Positions 10,750 to 20,871 of a stretch of DNA of 64,000 nt are shown piece after piece (positions within the stretch are counted from its first letter, which is position 1; the number at the start of each line of letters is the position of its first letter). Under the pieces are notes generated by a model. It made no database searches, had not been told where the DNA came from, and worked only from the letters and a program-made list of their open reading frames with translations. Origin of the DNA: an uncultured delta proteobacterium (GTDB taxonomy: Bacteria; Myxococcota; Myxococcia; Myxococcales; Myxococcaceae). The stretch lies in contig CAVYSY010000038.1 of assembly GCA_963771175.1 (NCBI GenBank), positions 160,001 through 224,000 of the forward strand. The letters are read 5' to 3'. Position numbers and translations under genes: made by a program.

Positions 10750-11679
10750 ATGCTCCATCTCACCCAGCGCCGGAAACTGACCTTGCAGGCCCCCGAGACA
10801 CCGGGCGGCCAGGCCCATGTGTCGGCCGCGAGCGGGCTGGTGCGCGCCGGGAATTGGCTCCACGTCGTCGCGGATGACTCGCTCTTCCTGGCCACCTTCC
10901 CCGCCGAGGGAGAGGCTCCGGGACAGCTCCTGCGCCTCTTCCCGGGGGAGCTGCCGCTGGAGCCCGAGGTGCGCAAGGCTCGCAAGCCGGACCTGGAGGC
11001 GCTCTGCCTGGTGAGGGGACTCACCTTCGCGCCACACGGAGCGCTGCTGGCGGTGCCCTCGGGGAGCACGTCGGCGCGGATGAAGGGCGCGCTGGTGCCA
11101 CTGGCGGCGGACGGGAGCCTCGGCGGCGAGGTGCGCGAGGTGGACTTCACCAGCCTGTACGCCCAGCTCACGCGCGAGCTGGGTCCGCTCAACGTGGAGG
11201 GCGCGGCACTGGCGGGAGCACGCCTGCGACTGCTCAACCGGGGAAACGGAGACCAGGGCGCGGACGCGGTGGTGGACCTGGACGCGGGCCGGGTGCTGCG
11301 CACGCTGGAGGCGGGAGAGCCCCTGAAGCCGGACGTGGTGCGCACGGTGCGCCGCTGGGAGCTGGGCCGGGCGGGCCACGTGCGCCTGTCCTTCACGGAT
11401 GCCGCGCCGCTGCCGGACGGCCGCATCGTCTTCACCGCCTCCGCCGAGGACACCCGAGACGCCTACGCGGATGGCGCGGTGATGGGCTCGGCGGTGGGCG
11501 TGCTGGCGCCGGATGGCTCGCCGCTGTTCCTCGATGGAGTGGACGCGAAGGTGAAGCTGGAAGGCGTGGAGGTGCGGGTGGAGCGCGGCCGCATCCACCT
11601 GCTGCTCGTGGCCGATGCGGACGACCCGGCCATGGCCGCGCCCCTGTTCGAGACCGTGCTGGAAGGCGTGCCGGGCTAG
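10750..11679 (+). CDS. DUF6929/DUF3616-like protein
   Basis: SAASGL, VADD, KPDLEAL, LNVEGA, KLEG, VADADDP motifs. Confidence 0.7.
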   Translation: MLHLTQRRKLTLQAPETPGGQAHVSAASGLVRAGNWLHVVADDSLFLATFPAEGEAPGQLLRLFPGELPLEPEVRKARKPDLEALCLVRGLTFAPHGALLAVPSGSTSARMKGALVPLAADGSLGGEVREVDFTSLYAQLTRELGPLNVEGAALAGARLRLLNRGNGDQGADAVVDLDAGRVLRTLEAGEPLKPDVVRTVRRWELGRAGHVRLSFTDAAPLPDGRIVFTASAEDTRDAYADGAVMGSAVGVLAPDGSPLFLDGVDAKVKLEGVEVRVERGRIHLLLVADADDPAMAAPLFETVLEGVPG

Positions 11680-11701
11680 GGGAAGCGGGGCCTACCCGGG
11701 C

Positions 11702-12644
11702 TCAGTCGCCGTGGTCGCGGGCGGCTTCCTCGGCCGAGCCGCCGACGGCTTCCACCGAGTTCCGGGGGGGATGGCGGAGGTTGTGGTCGAAGGCCGACTT
11801 GCGGTCGAGACCGTCCGGCGTCGTCGCGGCGATGCGGCGGCGCGCCCGGGTGATGGCGTCCTGCACCATGGCCGGGTCCGGGTGGTTCTTGAGGGCCTGC
11901 ACCCAGGTCTCGATGGCCTTCTCGTTGTCCCCGGACTCGGCCTTGATCTTTCCCATCTCGAAGGTGGCGTGAGGGGCCAGCTCCGAGTCCGGGAAGCGGG
12001 CGATGAGGTCCGCGTACGTGCGCGAGGCCTCCTGGCGGAAGCGCGCCACCTCCGGCGTGCCGGGCTGCGACTGCACCGACTGCATGTGCAGCGCCTGGGC
12101 CTGCAGGTAGATGGCGTCGTCCACGAAGGCGCTGGTGGCGAAGCGCTCGGCCAGCTTGCGCGACTCCAACACGCACTGCTGGTAGTCCTGCAGCTCGAAG
12201 TACAGCTTGGCCACCTGGTAGTGGAGCTCGGCGCCCTGGGGCGGGTTGCGAGCCAGCGCGGCGGTGAGCTGGTCGATGGAGCCACGCAGGTCGCGGAAGT
12301 GGACGCGCAGCAGCTCGGCGAGCACCACGCGGCCCTCCAGCGCCTCGGGAGACTCGGGGCACTGGGCGATGAGCTCCTTGTAGACGCTCACGGCCTCCTT
12401 CACCTTGCGCAGCTCGAGCCGGTAGACGTCCGCGGCTCCCTTGAGGGCACGGGCCTTGAGCACCTGGGCCTGCGGGGACTCGTCCAGCCGCAGCGCATCG
12501 AGCGCCTTGCGGTACTCCACGAGGGCCTCGTCGGGACGCTTCTCGAAGGTGGCGTCGCGAGCGCAGCTGCATGTGGTCGGTGGCGCTCTCCCGGCGACAG
12601 CCCGGGGCGAGCACGAGGGCCAGGGCGAGCACCAGACGCCGCAT
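11702..12644 (-). CDS. Tetratricopeptide-repeat lipoprotein (frameshift ~12560)
   Basis: Lipobox MRRLVLALALVLAPGC; TPR-like helices (LIAQCPESPEA, IARFPDSELAPHATFEMG). Confidence 0.8.
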
Positions 12645-12904
12645 CAGCAGGACTCCGGAAGGGGGGAGATGAGGACACACTCGGTGTCCAGGCAGCGCAC
12701 GCACTCCTGCTGATTGCCGGTGTCGGCAACGCACAGGGACACGCGGGAGGAGCGAGGGCAGTCCTCGGCGGCGGTGCACCGGTAGACACCCCCATTGGGG
12801 TTCGGCACTGGCACCGGCTCGAGAATGCACTCCTCGCGAGTGTCGCAGCCGGCGAGCCCGGTCACGATGGCGAAGAGGACGAGTGCTCCAATCCGGGGTC
12901 TCAC
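12644..12904 (-). CDS. Small Cys-rich lipoprotein
   Basis: Lipobox LAGC plus eight further Cys; stop overlaps the ATG of the TPR gene (TGATG). Confidence 0.65.
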   Translation of the reverse strand: MRPRIGALVLFAIVTGLAGCDTREECILEPVPVPNPNGGVYRCTAAEDCPRSSRVSLCVADTGNQQECVRCLDTECVLISPLPESC

Positions 12905-13010
12905 GACCCAGGTTTCTAGCCGGATTTGGCGCCCTCGTCACGGAAGCCGGTGCCCGCCCGCCCGCATCCCGGGCGACTCTCGGGAAAACGCCGGCCCCGC
13001 CGCGGTGCGG

Positions 13011-13403
13011 CTAGTTGTTGCTCACGCGCTCCACCCGCCCCGAGGAGGTGAGCATCGCGGAGTCCACCGCGGCCATGCGGCGGCGCCGGTGCATCCGCCG
13101 GGCCTTCTCCTCCTGCTTCTCCAGGTGCTTCGCAATCCCCAGCAGGTGCTCGTCCGCCACGCGGCACTGGATGGCCGATACCTCCTGGTGCCGCCGCCCC
13201 AGCTCCTGCCACAGGTGCATCGTCGCCTGGTTGCCCAACAGCCGCGTCTCCACCTCGTCGAGCGCCGCGTCCATGCGCGCCTCCTCGGCCTGGAGCTCCG
13301 CGAGGCGGGCCTCCGCCTCGTCCGGGGGCGCTCCGCACCCGCTCGACAGACACAGCACCATCGCCGCCAGCCCGAGCCCCCAGTGCCGCGTCCCGCCTGC
13401 CAT
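13011..13403 (-). CDS. Coiled-coil lipoprotein, hypothetical
   Basis: Lipobox LSSGC; heptad-like EAEARLAELQAEEARMDAALDEVE. Confidence 0.65.
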   Translation of the reverse strand: MAGGTRHWGLGLAAMVLCLSSGCGAPPDEAEARLAELQAEEARMDAALDEVETRLLGNQATMHLWQELGRRHQEVSAIQCRVADEHLLGIAKHLEKQEEKARRMHRRRRMAAVDSAMLTSSGRVERVSNN

Positions 13404-13575
13404 CACCCACCTCGAAGTCCGGTGCGTTGGATTGCCCACACGTCCGCGGGCCCCCGGTCAGGCGTCCCGCGCGTGGCGCAACCTAGGGAGCACCTCCCCA
13501 CCGGGCAACCTCCCCCCGGGGCAGCTCCCCTCTCGGACTGTCAGCGGCCGACGCTCGGCCCTTCCTCCGGGGCGC

Positions 13576-14085
13576 TCAGGGCGCCTGCCGGTGACGGAGA
13601 ATGAACTCACACACCTCGCGCGCCGCGCCGAAGCCCGCCGGCCGCTGCGCCACGTAGTGCACTTGCGAACGGACCTCGTCCGGGGCCTCGGGCGGCGCCG
13701 CCGAGAAACCCACCGCCTTGAGCAGCGGCAGGTCCACCAGCTCGTCCCCCATGTAGCCGCACCGGTCCGCCGTCACCTTGAGCAGCGCCAGCAGCTTCTC
13801 GAAGTGCGCCACCTTGTCCTGGCTGCCGAAGTGCACGTGCTTGAGGCCCAGCGACTGCATCCGCATCTGCGCCGAGAGGCTCTCGCCACCGGAGATGGCC
13901 GCCACCTCCAGCCCCGCCTCCTGCAGCCGCTTGATGCCCATCCCGTCGCGCACGCTGTACATCTGCGTCCACCCCGAGTTGGGCACCCAGAAGATGCGCC
14001 CGTCGGTGAGCGTGCCGTCGATGTCGAAAATCATCACCGACAGGCGGCTCACCCGCCCCTTGAGCGACTCCAGGTCCTGGTTCAT
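13576..14085 (-). CDS. kdsC: KDO-8-phosphate phosphatase (KdsC family HAD)
   Basis: IFDIDGTLTDG, VRDGMGI, YMGDELVD, GFGAAREVCE. Confidence 0.9.
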   Translation of the reverse strand: MNQDLESLKGRVSRLSVMIFDIDGTLTDGRIFWVPNSGWTQMYSVRDGMGIKRLQEAGLEVAAISGGESLSAQMRMQSLGLKHVHFGSQDKVAHFEKLLALLKVTADRCGYMGDELVDLPLLKAVGFSAAPPEAPDEVRSQVHYVAQRPAGFGAAREVCEFILRHRQAP

Positions 14086-14095
14086 CCGCGGGCGC

Positions 14096-15145
14096 CTACT
14101 TCGGCACGGCCTTGAGCACGGCCTTGCCGTCCTTGATGACGACCTTGAACTCCACCGATTTGGCCCCGTGCTGCTTCATCAACTCCGGCACCTGCTTGCG
14201 CAGCGAGGCGGCCACCGAGTCGAAGTTCATCTTCGAGGTGTCCTCCTTGTTGCGGCGCTTGGCGGACACGTAGGCGTCGTAGACGGACTTCAGGCTGTCG
14301 TCGGTCAGGCCACCGGCGCTGCTCGCCGACGGAGGACGCGCCGCCGCCACCGCCGGACGAGGACCGGTCGCGGGAGGCCGGGCCACGGGCGGCACCGCGG
14401 GGGCCACGGGCGGCACCACCGGGGCGATCGACGGCAGGGGCGCGGAGCCCCGCGGCGGCCCCAACACCGGGGCCATGGGCGGCACCAGCGGCGCCACCGA
14501 GGGCACCAGCGGCGCCACCGAGGGCACCAGCGGCGCCACCGAGGGCATGCCGCCCCGGAACGGCACGGGCTCGAGCGACGCCATGGCCGGCACCGGCGGA
14601 GGGGGCGGCTTCGGGGTGGACGACAGAATCTCGTCCACCTCGTCCACCTCGAAGTCGGTCTCCTCGGGCAGCTCCACCGCGCCCTGGGAGCGGGCCTTGG
14701 CCGAGGCCGGCTTCTCGCCGCGGCGCTTCACCTTGGCGAGGTCGCGCTTGTAGGTGCCGTTCTCGATTTCCTGCAGCGTGCGCAGCCACAGCCGCTCGTA
14801 GGTGACGAACTTGCTGTGGATGGACTGCACGCGGAACTTGGCGCCGGTGTTGCGCACGAAGCTGTTCTTGAGCTTCTCCACCCGCTTCTTCAGCGCCTCG
14901 TGCGTCCGTGCGGGCGGGGTGCGCTCGAGCCCCAGGAAGTAGTGCTCGTAGGTCACCTTCAGGGCGGCCAGCTCGGCCTCGATGGCGTCGCACTCCTGGG
15001 CCGCCATCTCGCTGCCCGACTTCGTGGGCATGCCGGACTTCGTGTCCCCCTGCAGCGCCGCCAGCTTCGCGGTCGACTTCGCCGACGCGCCAGACCTGGT
15101 GGCGGTGGGGTTCTTCGTGGACGACTTCGAGGGCTCGTACGCCAT
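14096..15145 (-). CDS. Myxobacterial MXAN_5187 C-terminal-domain-like protein with Pro-rich linker
   Basis: LKVTYEHYFLGLERTPP N-domain; C-terminal LRKQVPELMKQHGAKSVEFKVVIKDGKAVLKA. Confidence 0.7.
   Translation of the reverse strand: MAYEPSKSSTKNPTATRSGASAKSTAKLAALQGDTKSGMPTKSGSEMAAQECDAIEAELAALKVTYEHYFLGLERTPPARTHEALKKRVEKLKNSFVRNTGAKFRVQSIHSKFVTYERLWLRTLQEIENGTYKRDLAKVKRRGEKPASAKARSQGAVELPEETDFEVDEVDEILSSTPKPPPPPVPAMASLEPVPFRGGMPSVAPLVPSVAPLVPSVAPLVPPMAPVLGPPRGSAPLPSIAPVVPPVAPAVPPVARPPATGPRPAVAAARPPSASSAGGLTDDSLKSVYDAYVSAKRRNKEDTSKMNFDSVAASLRKQVPELMKQHGAKSVEFKVVIKDGKAVLKAVPK
14481..14547. repeat. 21-bp tandem repeat x3 (PSVAPLV) inside CDS
   Basis: GGCACCAGCGGCGCCACCGAG repeated three times. 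Confidence 0.85.
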
Positions 15146-15186
15146 GGGCTCCTAGAGTGTCCCCAAGACGCGGCCGCTTATCAACC

Positions 15187-16503
15187 TCAGGCCGGGCTCG
15201 GTGTCGGCCCGACGCCAGCCGCCTCGCCCGCCCGGCGGATCCGCCGGTACAGCAATGTCGCACCAAAGGTGAACATGCACAGGGAGATGAACTGGCTGGT
15301 GGAGATGTTGTACCAGGCCTCCAGGGGAACGGAGTCGGCCAGCCCCCGGGCGCCCAGCGAGTTGAGCAGCCCGTTGAGCGTTCCACGCTCCGTGTCACCG
15401 CGCAACAGCTCCACCGAGGTGCGCAGCACCGCGTAGCACATCAGCCACAGGGCGAAGATCTGCCCGTGGAAGCGCCGGAAGCGCCGCGAGTACAGCAACA
15501 CCAGGAAGAGTACGAGCTGGCCGATGGACTCGTAGATTTGAGTGGGGTGGATGGGCAGCGTGGTGCCGTGCTGGGCCACCCACTCGGAGATGCGCACCGC
15601 GCCGGGAGCCGACTGGTGGAGGATTTCACCGGTGGCCTCCACCACGTAGCGGGAGTCCTGCGCCTGGGACTGGAAGGCGAGGCTGGAGGTGCCGCCGAGC
15701 CGCCCGAAGAGGTCCTTGGCCACGCTGACGCCGGGGAAGTTCACCGCGAAGCGAGTGCCGGCGGCGGTGACATCGCCCCAGCAGCACCCGGCGGAGAAGC
15801 ACCCGAGCCGCCCCAGGCACTGGCCCAGCGACACGGTGGGGATGGCCAGGTCCGCCAGCCGCAGGAAGTCCATGCCGTGCTGCCGCGCGAAGACGTAGGC
15901 CGCGAGCGCCGCGCCGATGAGGCCGCCGTAGAAGACGAGCCCGCCGCCCAGGGAGAACACCTGCGTCCAGTCGCGCGCGTAGTCCTTCCAGTTGACGAGC
16001 ACGAAGAGGACGCGGCTGCCCACGAGCCCGCCCACCAGGATGTAGAAGGACAGGTCCATGAACTGCTCGCGCTTGCGAGGACCCTCGGTGTCCACCCACT
16101 GGCCGCCGCCCTGGGCATCCGGCACCCACGTCAGCTTGCGCCACTCGTCCTGCGCCAGCCGCGAGCCCACCGCCACCGCGGTCATGAAGCCGGAGGCCAG
16201 CAGCACCCCGTAGGTGTGGATGGGGATGCCCTCGCCCTTGCCACCCAGGAAGGCCCCCGCGGGCAGCGCGTACCGCAGGCCGAACGACGCGATGGCCGCG
16301 CCGATGGCGCCGTAGATGAGCGCGCGCATCATCCGCTGGTCCGTCGTGGCCGGCGCGGGCTTCTCGCCCGGAGCCTTGGGAGTGCCCTCGGCGCCCTGCC
16401 AGCCGTTGTAGGCGATGTACGCCACCGCCGCGAGCGCCAGGGCGTACAGGATGAGCTGGGACCAGAGGGACGTGAAGGTGAAGTGGACGAGGACGGGAAG
16501 CAT
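15187..16503 (-). CDS. lgt: Prolipoprotein diacylglyceryl transferase
   Basis: IHTYGVL, GGLVFYGGLIG, GRLGCFSAGCCWG, HPTQIYES, RTSVELLRGD, STSQFIS. Confidence 0.93.
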   Translation of the reverse strand: MLPVLVHFTFTSLWSQLILYALALAAVAYIAYNGWQGAEGTPKAPGEKPAPATTDQRMMRALIYGAIGAAIASFGLRYALPAGAFLGGKGEGIPIHTYGVLLASGFMTAVAVGSRLAQDEWRKLTWVPDAQGGGQWVDTEGPRKREQFMDLSFYILVGGLVGSRVLFVLVNWKDYARDWTQVFSLGGGLVFYGGLIGAALAAYVFARQHGMDFLRLADLAIPTVSLGQCLGRLGCFSAGCCWGDVTAAGTRFAVNFPGVSVAKDLFGRLGGTSSLAFQSQAQDSRYVVEATGEILHQSAPGAVRISEWVAQHGTTLPIHPTQIYESIGQLVLFLVLLYSRRFRRFHGQIFALWLMCYAVLRTSVELLRGDTERGTLNGLLNSLGARGLADSVPLEAWYNISTSQFISLCMFTFGATLLYRRIRRAGEAAGVGPTPSPA

Positions 16504-16615
16504 GGGCAGGGACCGTTACGGACGCGAGGCCGCGCAGGTTACCCCGTCACGGCGTCGCTGCGGGTGGGGGAGACGACCCGGGAGCCGGGCCGTCAGGAGG
16601 GGGAGCGACCCGCCG

Positions 16616-17233
16616 TCAGGAGCGGACCTCGGCCGACTTCTCCTCCTTGGGCGCCTCCTTGCGCACGAAGGCGTCCACCAGGAGCAGCCCCACGCCCACC
16701 ACGATGGCCGAGTCGGCCACGTTGAAGGACGGCCAGGTGGCCTTGTCGTACCAGTGGGCCTCGAGGAAATCGATGACGAAGGCCCGGGCAATCCGGTCGA
16801 TGTAGTTGCCGATCGCCCCGCCCAGCACCAGCGGCAGGCCCCACCGCGCCCACTTCTCCTGGGGGTCCTTCCCGCTCAGCTTGCTGAAGTACCAGGAGAT
16901 GAGCACCACCGCGCCGATGCTCACCACGTGGAAGAGGGGCCCGCGCACGTTGGGCGGCAGGGTGCGGAACATGCCCCAGGCGGCGCCCGGGTTCTCCGCG
17001 TAGCGCAGGCGGAAGAAGGACTCGGAGACCTCGATGTGGCGCTTGGGCCGGTAGTGCAGCCCATCGTACCCCAGGGGTGGGGGCTCGCCGTACATCGCCG
17101 ACAGCCGCTCGCCGAGCGTGGGCCGGTCATCGAAGCGCGTGGTGAGCTCGCGCACGACGAGGTACTTCGTCCACTGGTCGAGGACGATGACGCCGAGCGC
17201 CACCGTCAGCAGGAGGAGGTATTTGCGGGGCAC
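16616..17233 (-). CDS. lspA: Signal peptidase II
   Basis: DQWTKY, ENPGAAWG, GAIGNYIDR, VIDF, FNVADSAI. Confidence 0.95.
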   Translation of the reverse strand: MPRKYLLLLTVALGVIVLDQWTKYLVVRELTTRFDDRPTLGERLSAMYGEPPPLGYDGLHYRPKRHIEVSESFFRLRYAENPGAAWGMFRTLPPNVRGPLFHVVSIGAVVLISWYFSKLSGKDPQEKWARWGLPLVLGGAIGNYIDRIARAFVIDFLEAHWYDKATWPSFNVADSAIVVGVGLLLVDAFVRKEAPKEEKSAEVRS

Positions 17234-17243
17234 ATGGGGCGGC

Positions 17244-17864
17244 TTACACCACCTGCCCCCCCGGCGTCACGGATTCCACCGGCCGGCGCGCCCGCAGGGA
17301 GTCGAGCAGGAGCAGGCCCACTCCCACGCAGATGGCCGCGTCGGCCACGTTGAAGGTGGGCCAGCGCATCCCCGGCTGGTTGCGCCAGTGCCAGTCGATG
17401 AAGTCGATGACGTAGCCCCGGAGGAGCCGATCCACGAAGTTGCCCAGCGCCCCGCCCGCGACGAGCGCCAGGGCCCAGCGCACCATCCGCTGCTCGGGGG
17501 CCAGCTTCACGTACATGGAGAGGATGAAGCCGAGCGCCACCAGGCTCACCAGGTGGAAGAAGGGCTGGCGCACGGACTCGGGGAGGTTGGCGAAGAGGCC
17601 CCAGGCGGCGCCCGGGTTCTCCACGTAGCGGAAGTGCCAGTAGTCCTCGATGAAGCGGTGGGGCGCCGTCGGCCGGCGGTGCAGCCCGCCCAGGAACGGC
17701 GCGCCGTCCGGGTCTTGCTCGGCGAAGAAGCCCTGCACCCGCGCGAGGCCGGTCCGCCCCTCCAGGGAGTCCGTGAGGTGGCTCACGGCCAGGTACTTGG
17801 ACACCTGGTCGGCGGCGAGGGTGGCGAGGCCCACGAGAATCAGGACACGAAAACGGTGCACCAT
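17244..17864 (-). CDS. lspA: Signal peptidase II (second tandem paralogue)
   Basis: DQVSKY, ENPGAAWG, GALGNFVDR, VIDFID, FNVADAAI. Confidence 0.95.
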   Translation of the reverse strand: MVHRFRVLILVGLATLAADQVSKYLAVSHLTDSLEGRTGLARVQGFFAEQDPDGAPFLGGLHRRPTAPHRFIEDYWHFRYVENPGAAWGLFANLPESVRQPFFHLVSLVALGFILSMYVKLAPEQRMVRWALALVAGGALGNFVDRLLRGYVIDFIDWHWRNQPGMRWPTFNVADAAICVGVGLLLLDSLRARRPVESVTPGGQVV

Positions 17865-17965
17865 GGGACCCTGATCTCTATCTTGGGCATGGGAGGCTGA
17901 CAACCCGGCCCGGCATACGGGCGATCAGCCAGTGGGTTGGCTCCCCGGACGCCTCCAAGTGGGGC

Positions 17966-18352
17966 ATGGTGAGGACGATGCAGACTGTTGAGCCGCCCGT
18001 GATGCCCAATCCGAACGAGACTCCCTCCGCCCAGGCCGTGGCGGCCCCCAAGCCGTCCCTCATGGAGCGCCTGCAGGCCTTCATCACCCGGTACGGGATG
18101 CTGGCCCTGGTGGTGCACTACGCCATCTTCGGCCTCTGCCTGGGCATCTTCGCGCTCCTCATCCGCTCGGGCTTCCAGTTGGAGGGAGCCGGCGGCGCGG
18201 CGGGCACCTTCGCCGGTGCCTACGCCGCCTGCCAGGTCATCAAGATTCCGCGCTTCGCCGCCACCTTCGCGCTCACGCCCGTGCTCGACAGGCTCATCCG
18301 GCGCCTGCGGAAGAAGGGCCCGGCGTCGAGCGACGACCCGCCCCGCGCATGA
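17966..18352 (+). CDS. Small membrane protein (DUF1279/FAM210-like)
   Basis: RYGMLALVVHYAIF..AYAACQVIKIPRFAATFALTP; stop overlaps the next start (ATGA). Confidence 0.6.
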   Translation: MVRTMQTVEPPVMPNPNETPSAQAVAAPKPSLMERLQAFITRYGMLALVVHYAIFGLCLGIFALLIRSGFQLEGAGGAAGTFAGAYAACQVIKIPRFAATFALTPVLDRLIRRLRKKGPASSDDPPRA

Positions 18353-19098
18353 AGCAGGTGACGGTCCGCTTCTACGGCTCGCTCAACGACTTCCTCGCCC
18401 CCGAGCGGCGCGGCGTCGAGTTCGTCCACCCCCTCAGCGGGCCGTGCTCGGTGAAGGACCTCATCGAGTCGCTCGGCCCGCCCCACCCCGAGGTGGACGT
18501 GGTGCTCGTGGACGGACAGGCGGTGGACTTCTCCCACCGCGTCGAGGACGGCCAGCGCCTCGCCGTCTACCCCGTCTTCACCTCCATCGACGTGACGCCG
18601 CTCGTGCGCGTGGGGCCCCCTCCCCTCTCCGAGCTCCGCTTCCTGCTCGACGTGGGGCTCGGCCGGCTCTCGGGCCTGCTGCGCATGCTCGGCTTCGACA
18701 CGCTGTGGCGCAATGACTTCGCCGATGACGAGCTCGCGCGGCGCTCCCGGGACGAACAGCGCATCCTGCTCACGCGGGACCTTGGCGTGCTCAAGCGCTC
18801 CGAGGTGGTGCACGGGTATTTTCCGCGGGAGACGGACCCCTCGCTGCAGCTCGTCGAGGTGGTGCGGCGCTTCCGGCTCTCCGAGCACATGCGGCCCTTC
18901 ACCCGGTGCATCGCCTGCAATGCCTCGCTGTCCGCCGCCTCGCCCGAGGAGGTGCAGGGGCGCGTGCCGGAGCGGGTGCGGGCCACGTTCTCCCGCTTCC
19001 AGCAGTGCCCCGAGTGCAAGCGCGTGTTCTGGGCCGGCTCGCACCACGCTCGCATGCAGGTCATCATCGACAAGCTGCGCGAGCTGGAAGCGCAGTGA
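18349..19098 (+). CDS. Ubiquitin-like + Mut7-C RNase (PIN) domain protein
   Basis: VRFYGSLNDFL..SVKDLIESLG.PHPEVD (Ub-Mut7C); FLLDVGLGRL..LRMLGFD, LLTRD, RCIACN, CPECKRVFWAGSH. Confidence 0.9.
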   Translation: MKQVTVRFYGSLNDFLAPERRGVEFVHPLSGPCSVKDLIESLGPPHPEVDVVLVDGQAVDFSHRVEDGQRLAVYPVFTSIDVTPLVRVGPPPLSELRFLLDVGLGRLSGLLRMLGFDTLWRNDFADDELARRSRDEQRILLTRDLGVLKRSEVVHGYFPRETDPSLQLVEVVRRFRLSEHMRPFTRCIACNASLSAASPEEVQGRVPERVRATFSRFQQCPECKRVFWAGSHHARMQVIIDKLRELEAQ

Positions 19099-19116
19099 CA
19101 GCACCCCCGGGTGGAT

Positions 19117-20334
19117 TCAGAGGATGCGGCGCGAGCGCGGGTAGCTGCCGAGGACGAGCAGCTCGCGGCAGTGGGCGCGGGCGCGCTCGATGGTGGCGGC
19201 CATGTTCGGGTCATCCCGGTGCCCGAGCGCATCGAGGAAGAACGTATACGTCCAGTTCTCCCCCCGCCCGCGCGGGCGCTTGTCGATGTGCGAGAGGTTG
19301 ATGCCGGCGGACTGGAAGACTCCGAGCACCGAGGCCAGGGCACCCGGCGCGTCGTCCGTGGTGAACATGATGGAGGTCTTGTCATCGCCCGTCGGCCGGG
19401 CGTTCTGCCGGGCGATGATGACGAAGCGGGTGACGTTGTTGGGGTCGTCCTCGATGCGCGCGAAGAGGACGTTGAGCCCGTAGAGCTGCCCGGCGAGCGT
19501 CGTGCCGATGGCGGCCGCCCCCGGCTCGGCACCAATCTCCAGGGCCTTGCGGCACTCCTCGACGGCGATCTGCGCGGCGCGCGAGCTGCTGGCCGCGGGC
19601 ATCAGCTCGACGCCGGGGTACTGGGTGCTCAGCCAGTTGCGGCACTGCTGGAAGATCTCCGGCTTGGAGTGGATGCGCCGCACCTGGCGGGGCTGGCAGT
19701 TGGCGAGCAGGGCGTGGTGGATGGTGATCTGCACCTCGCCGTAGATGGAGATTTGATGGGCGTTGGCCTTGAAGGCGTCGAGCGTCTCCACGATGCCGCC
19801 GCCGAGCGAGTTCTCGATGGGGACGAGCCCGTAGTTGACGTGCCCGCGGCGCACCTCGGTGAAGACACCACCAATCTCGTGCAGGTCCTCGTAGTCCACG
19901 GAGGCGCCGAACTGCTTCACGGCGGCGGCGTGCGAGTGGGAGCCGGGCGGCCCGAGGTAGCCGATGCGCAGCGGCTGCTCGAGGGCGAACGAGCCGCTCA
20001 TCATCTCGCGGTAGATGCCCTCGATGGTCCGGTCGGGCAGCGGCCCCTTGTTGGCAGCCAGGACCTTGCGGAGCACCTCGGCCTCGCGGTGGGGGGCGTA
20101 GACGGGGATGCCCTGGGTGCGCTTGGTCTTGCCCACCTCGACGACGAGGCTCGCCCGCTCGTTGAGCAGCCGGACCAGGCGGTCGTCGAGCGCGTCGATC
20201 TTCTTGCGCAGCTCCTGGAGCTGGGCCGGATCCTGAGTCGGCTCGGCGGGCGGCGCATTCGGAGGGGCGACGGGCGCGGTGCGAGTGCGCTTACGGGCGG
20301 GGGGGCTGCTCCTCTTTCCGCTCTTCCTGGCCAT
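19117..20334 (-). CDS. pheA: Chorismate mutase / prephenate dehydratase
   Basis: LRKKIDALD..LLNER (CM), YLGPPGSHSH, VPIENS, NVTRF, ACT domain and LGSYP. Confidence 0.95.
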   Translation of the reverse strand: MARKSGKRSSPPARKRTRTAPVAPPNAPPAEPTQDPAQLQELRKKIDALDDRLVRLLNERASLVVEVGKTKRTQGIPVYAPHREAEVLRKVLAANKGPLPDRTIEGIYREMMSGSFALEQPLRIGYLGPPGSHSHAAAVKQFGASVDYEDLHEIGGVFTEVRRGHVNYGLVPIENSLGGGIVETLDAFKANAHQISIYGEVQITIHHALLANCQPRQVRRIHSKPEIFQQCRNWLSTQYPGVELMPAASSSRAAQIAVEECRKALEIGAEPGAAAIGTTLAGQLYGLNVLFARIEDDPNNVTRFVIIARQNARPTGDDKTSIMFTTDDAPGALASVLGVFQSAGINLSHIDKRPRGRGENWTYTFFLDALGHRDDPNMAATIERARAHCRELLVLGSYPRSRRIL

Positions 20335-20477
20335 CTCGCTCCTTCAACAAGGGGCCCATGTTACCAGCCGTTCGAACCCCCTCGGAAGTAACAACCCGAG
20401 TTCGAATCACACTGGAAGCCGAGCACCCTTCCAGGCAGCCTGAGCTCCGCACCACGAGCAGACCCGGAGGGGAAGAG

Positions 20478-20825
20478 ATGCCGAAGCGACCTGAGCGTGA
20501 CCTCGAGAAGGGCTATCCGCGCAAGGAGTTCGTCGCCAAGTTGAGGAGACTGGCGGATGCCATCGAGGCCGGTAAGTCCTTCAGCATCCAGGTCGCGGGC
20601 GAGCGCCTGCACATCCCCGCGGATGCGCTCTTCAATATCGAGCACGAGCGCGAAGGGAACGTGGACGAGCTCGAGTTCCAATTGCGATTCCCCGCGCCCA
20701 TGGCGACCCGCGCGAAGACAGCGAAGAGGGCCTCGGCCAAGAAGAGCCCCGCGCGGATCCTCCTGCCCAGTGGGGCAACGGAGGACGAAGGCCCGAAGCC
20801 CAAACAGAGGAAGGGCCGGGGCTGA
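20478..20825 (+). CDS. Amphi-Trp domain protein
   Basis: RDLEKGYP..FVAKLRRLADAIE.GKSFSIQVAGER..IEHEREG..ELEFQL; GGAGG upstream. Confidence 0.8.
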   Translation: MPKRPERDLEKGYPRKEFVAKLRRLADAIEAGKSFSIQVAGERLHIPADALFNIEHEREGNVDELEFQLRFPAPMATRAKTAKRASAKKSPARILLPSGATEDEGPKPKQRKGRG

Positions 20826-20871
20826 GCCCTCCGAAGAAAGTCCGTGCAGGAGGGGGCCTCCGGGCGCGGTC

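Noticed and set aside
20365..20420. Two GTTCGAA motifs resembling tRNA T-loops
   Set aside because: No acceptor, D or anticodon arms could be folded; more likely an inverted repeat in the divergent promoter.
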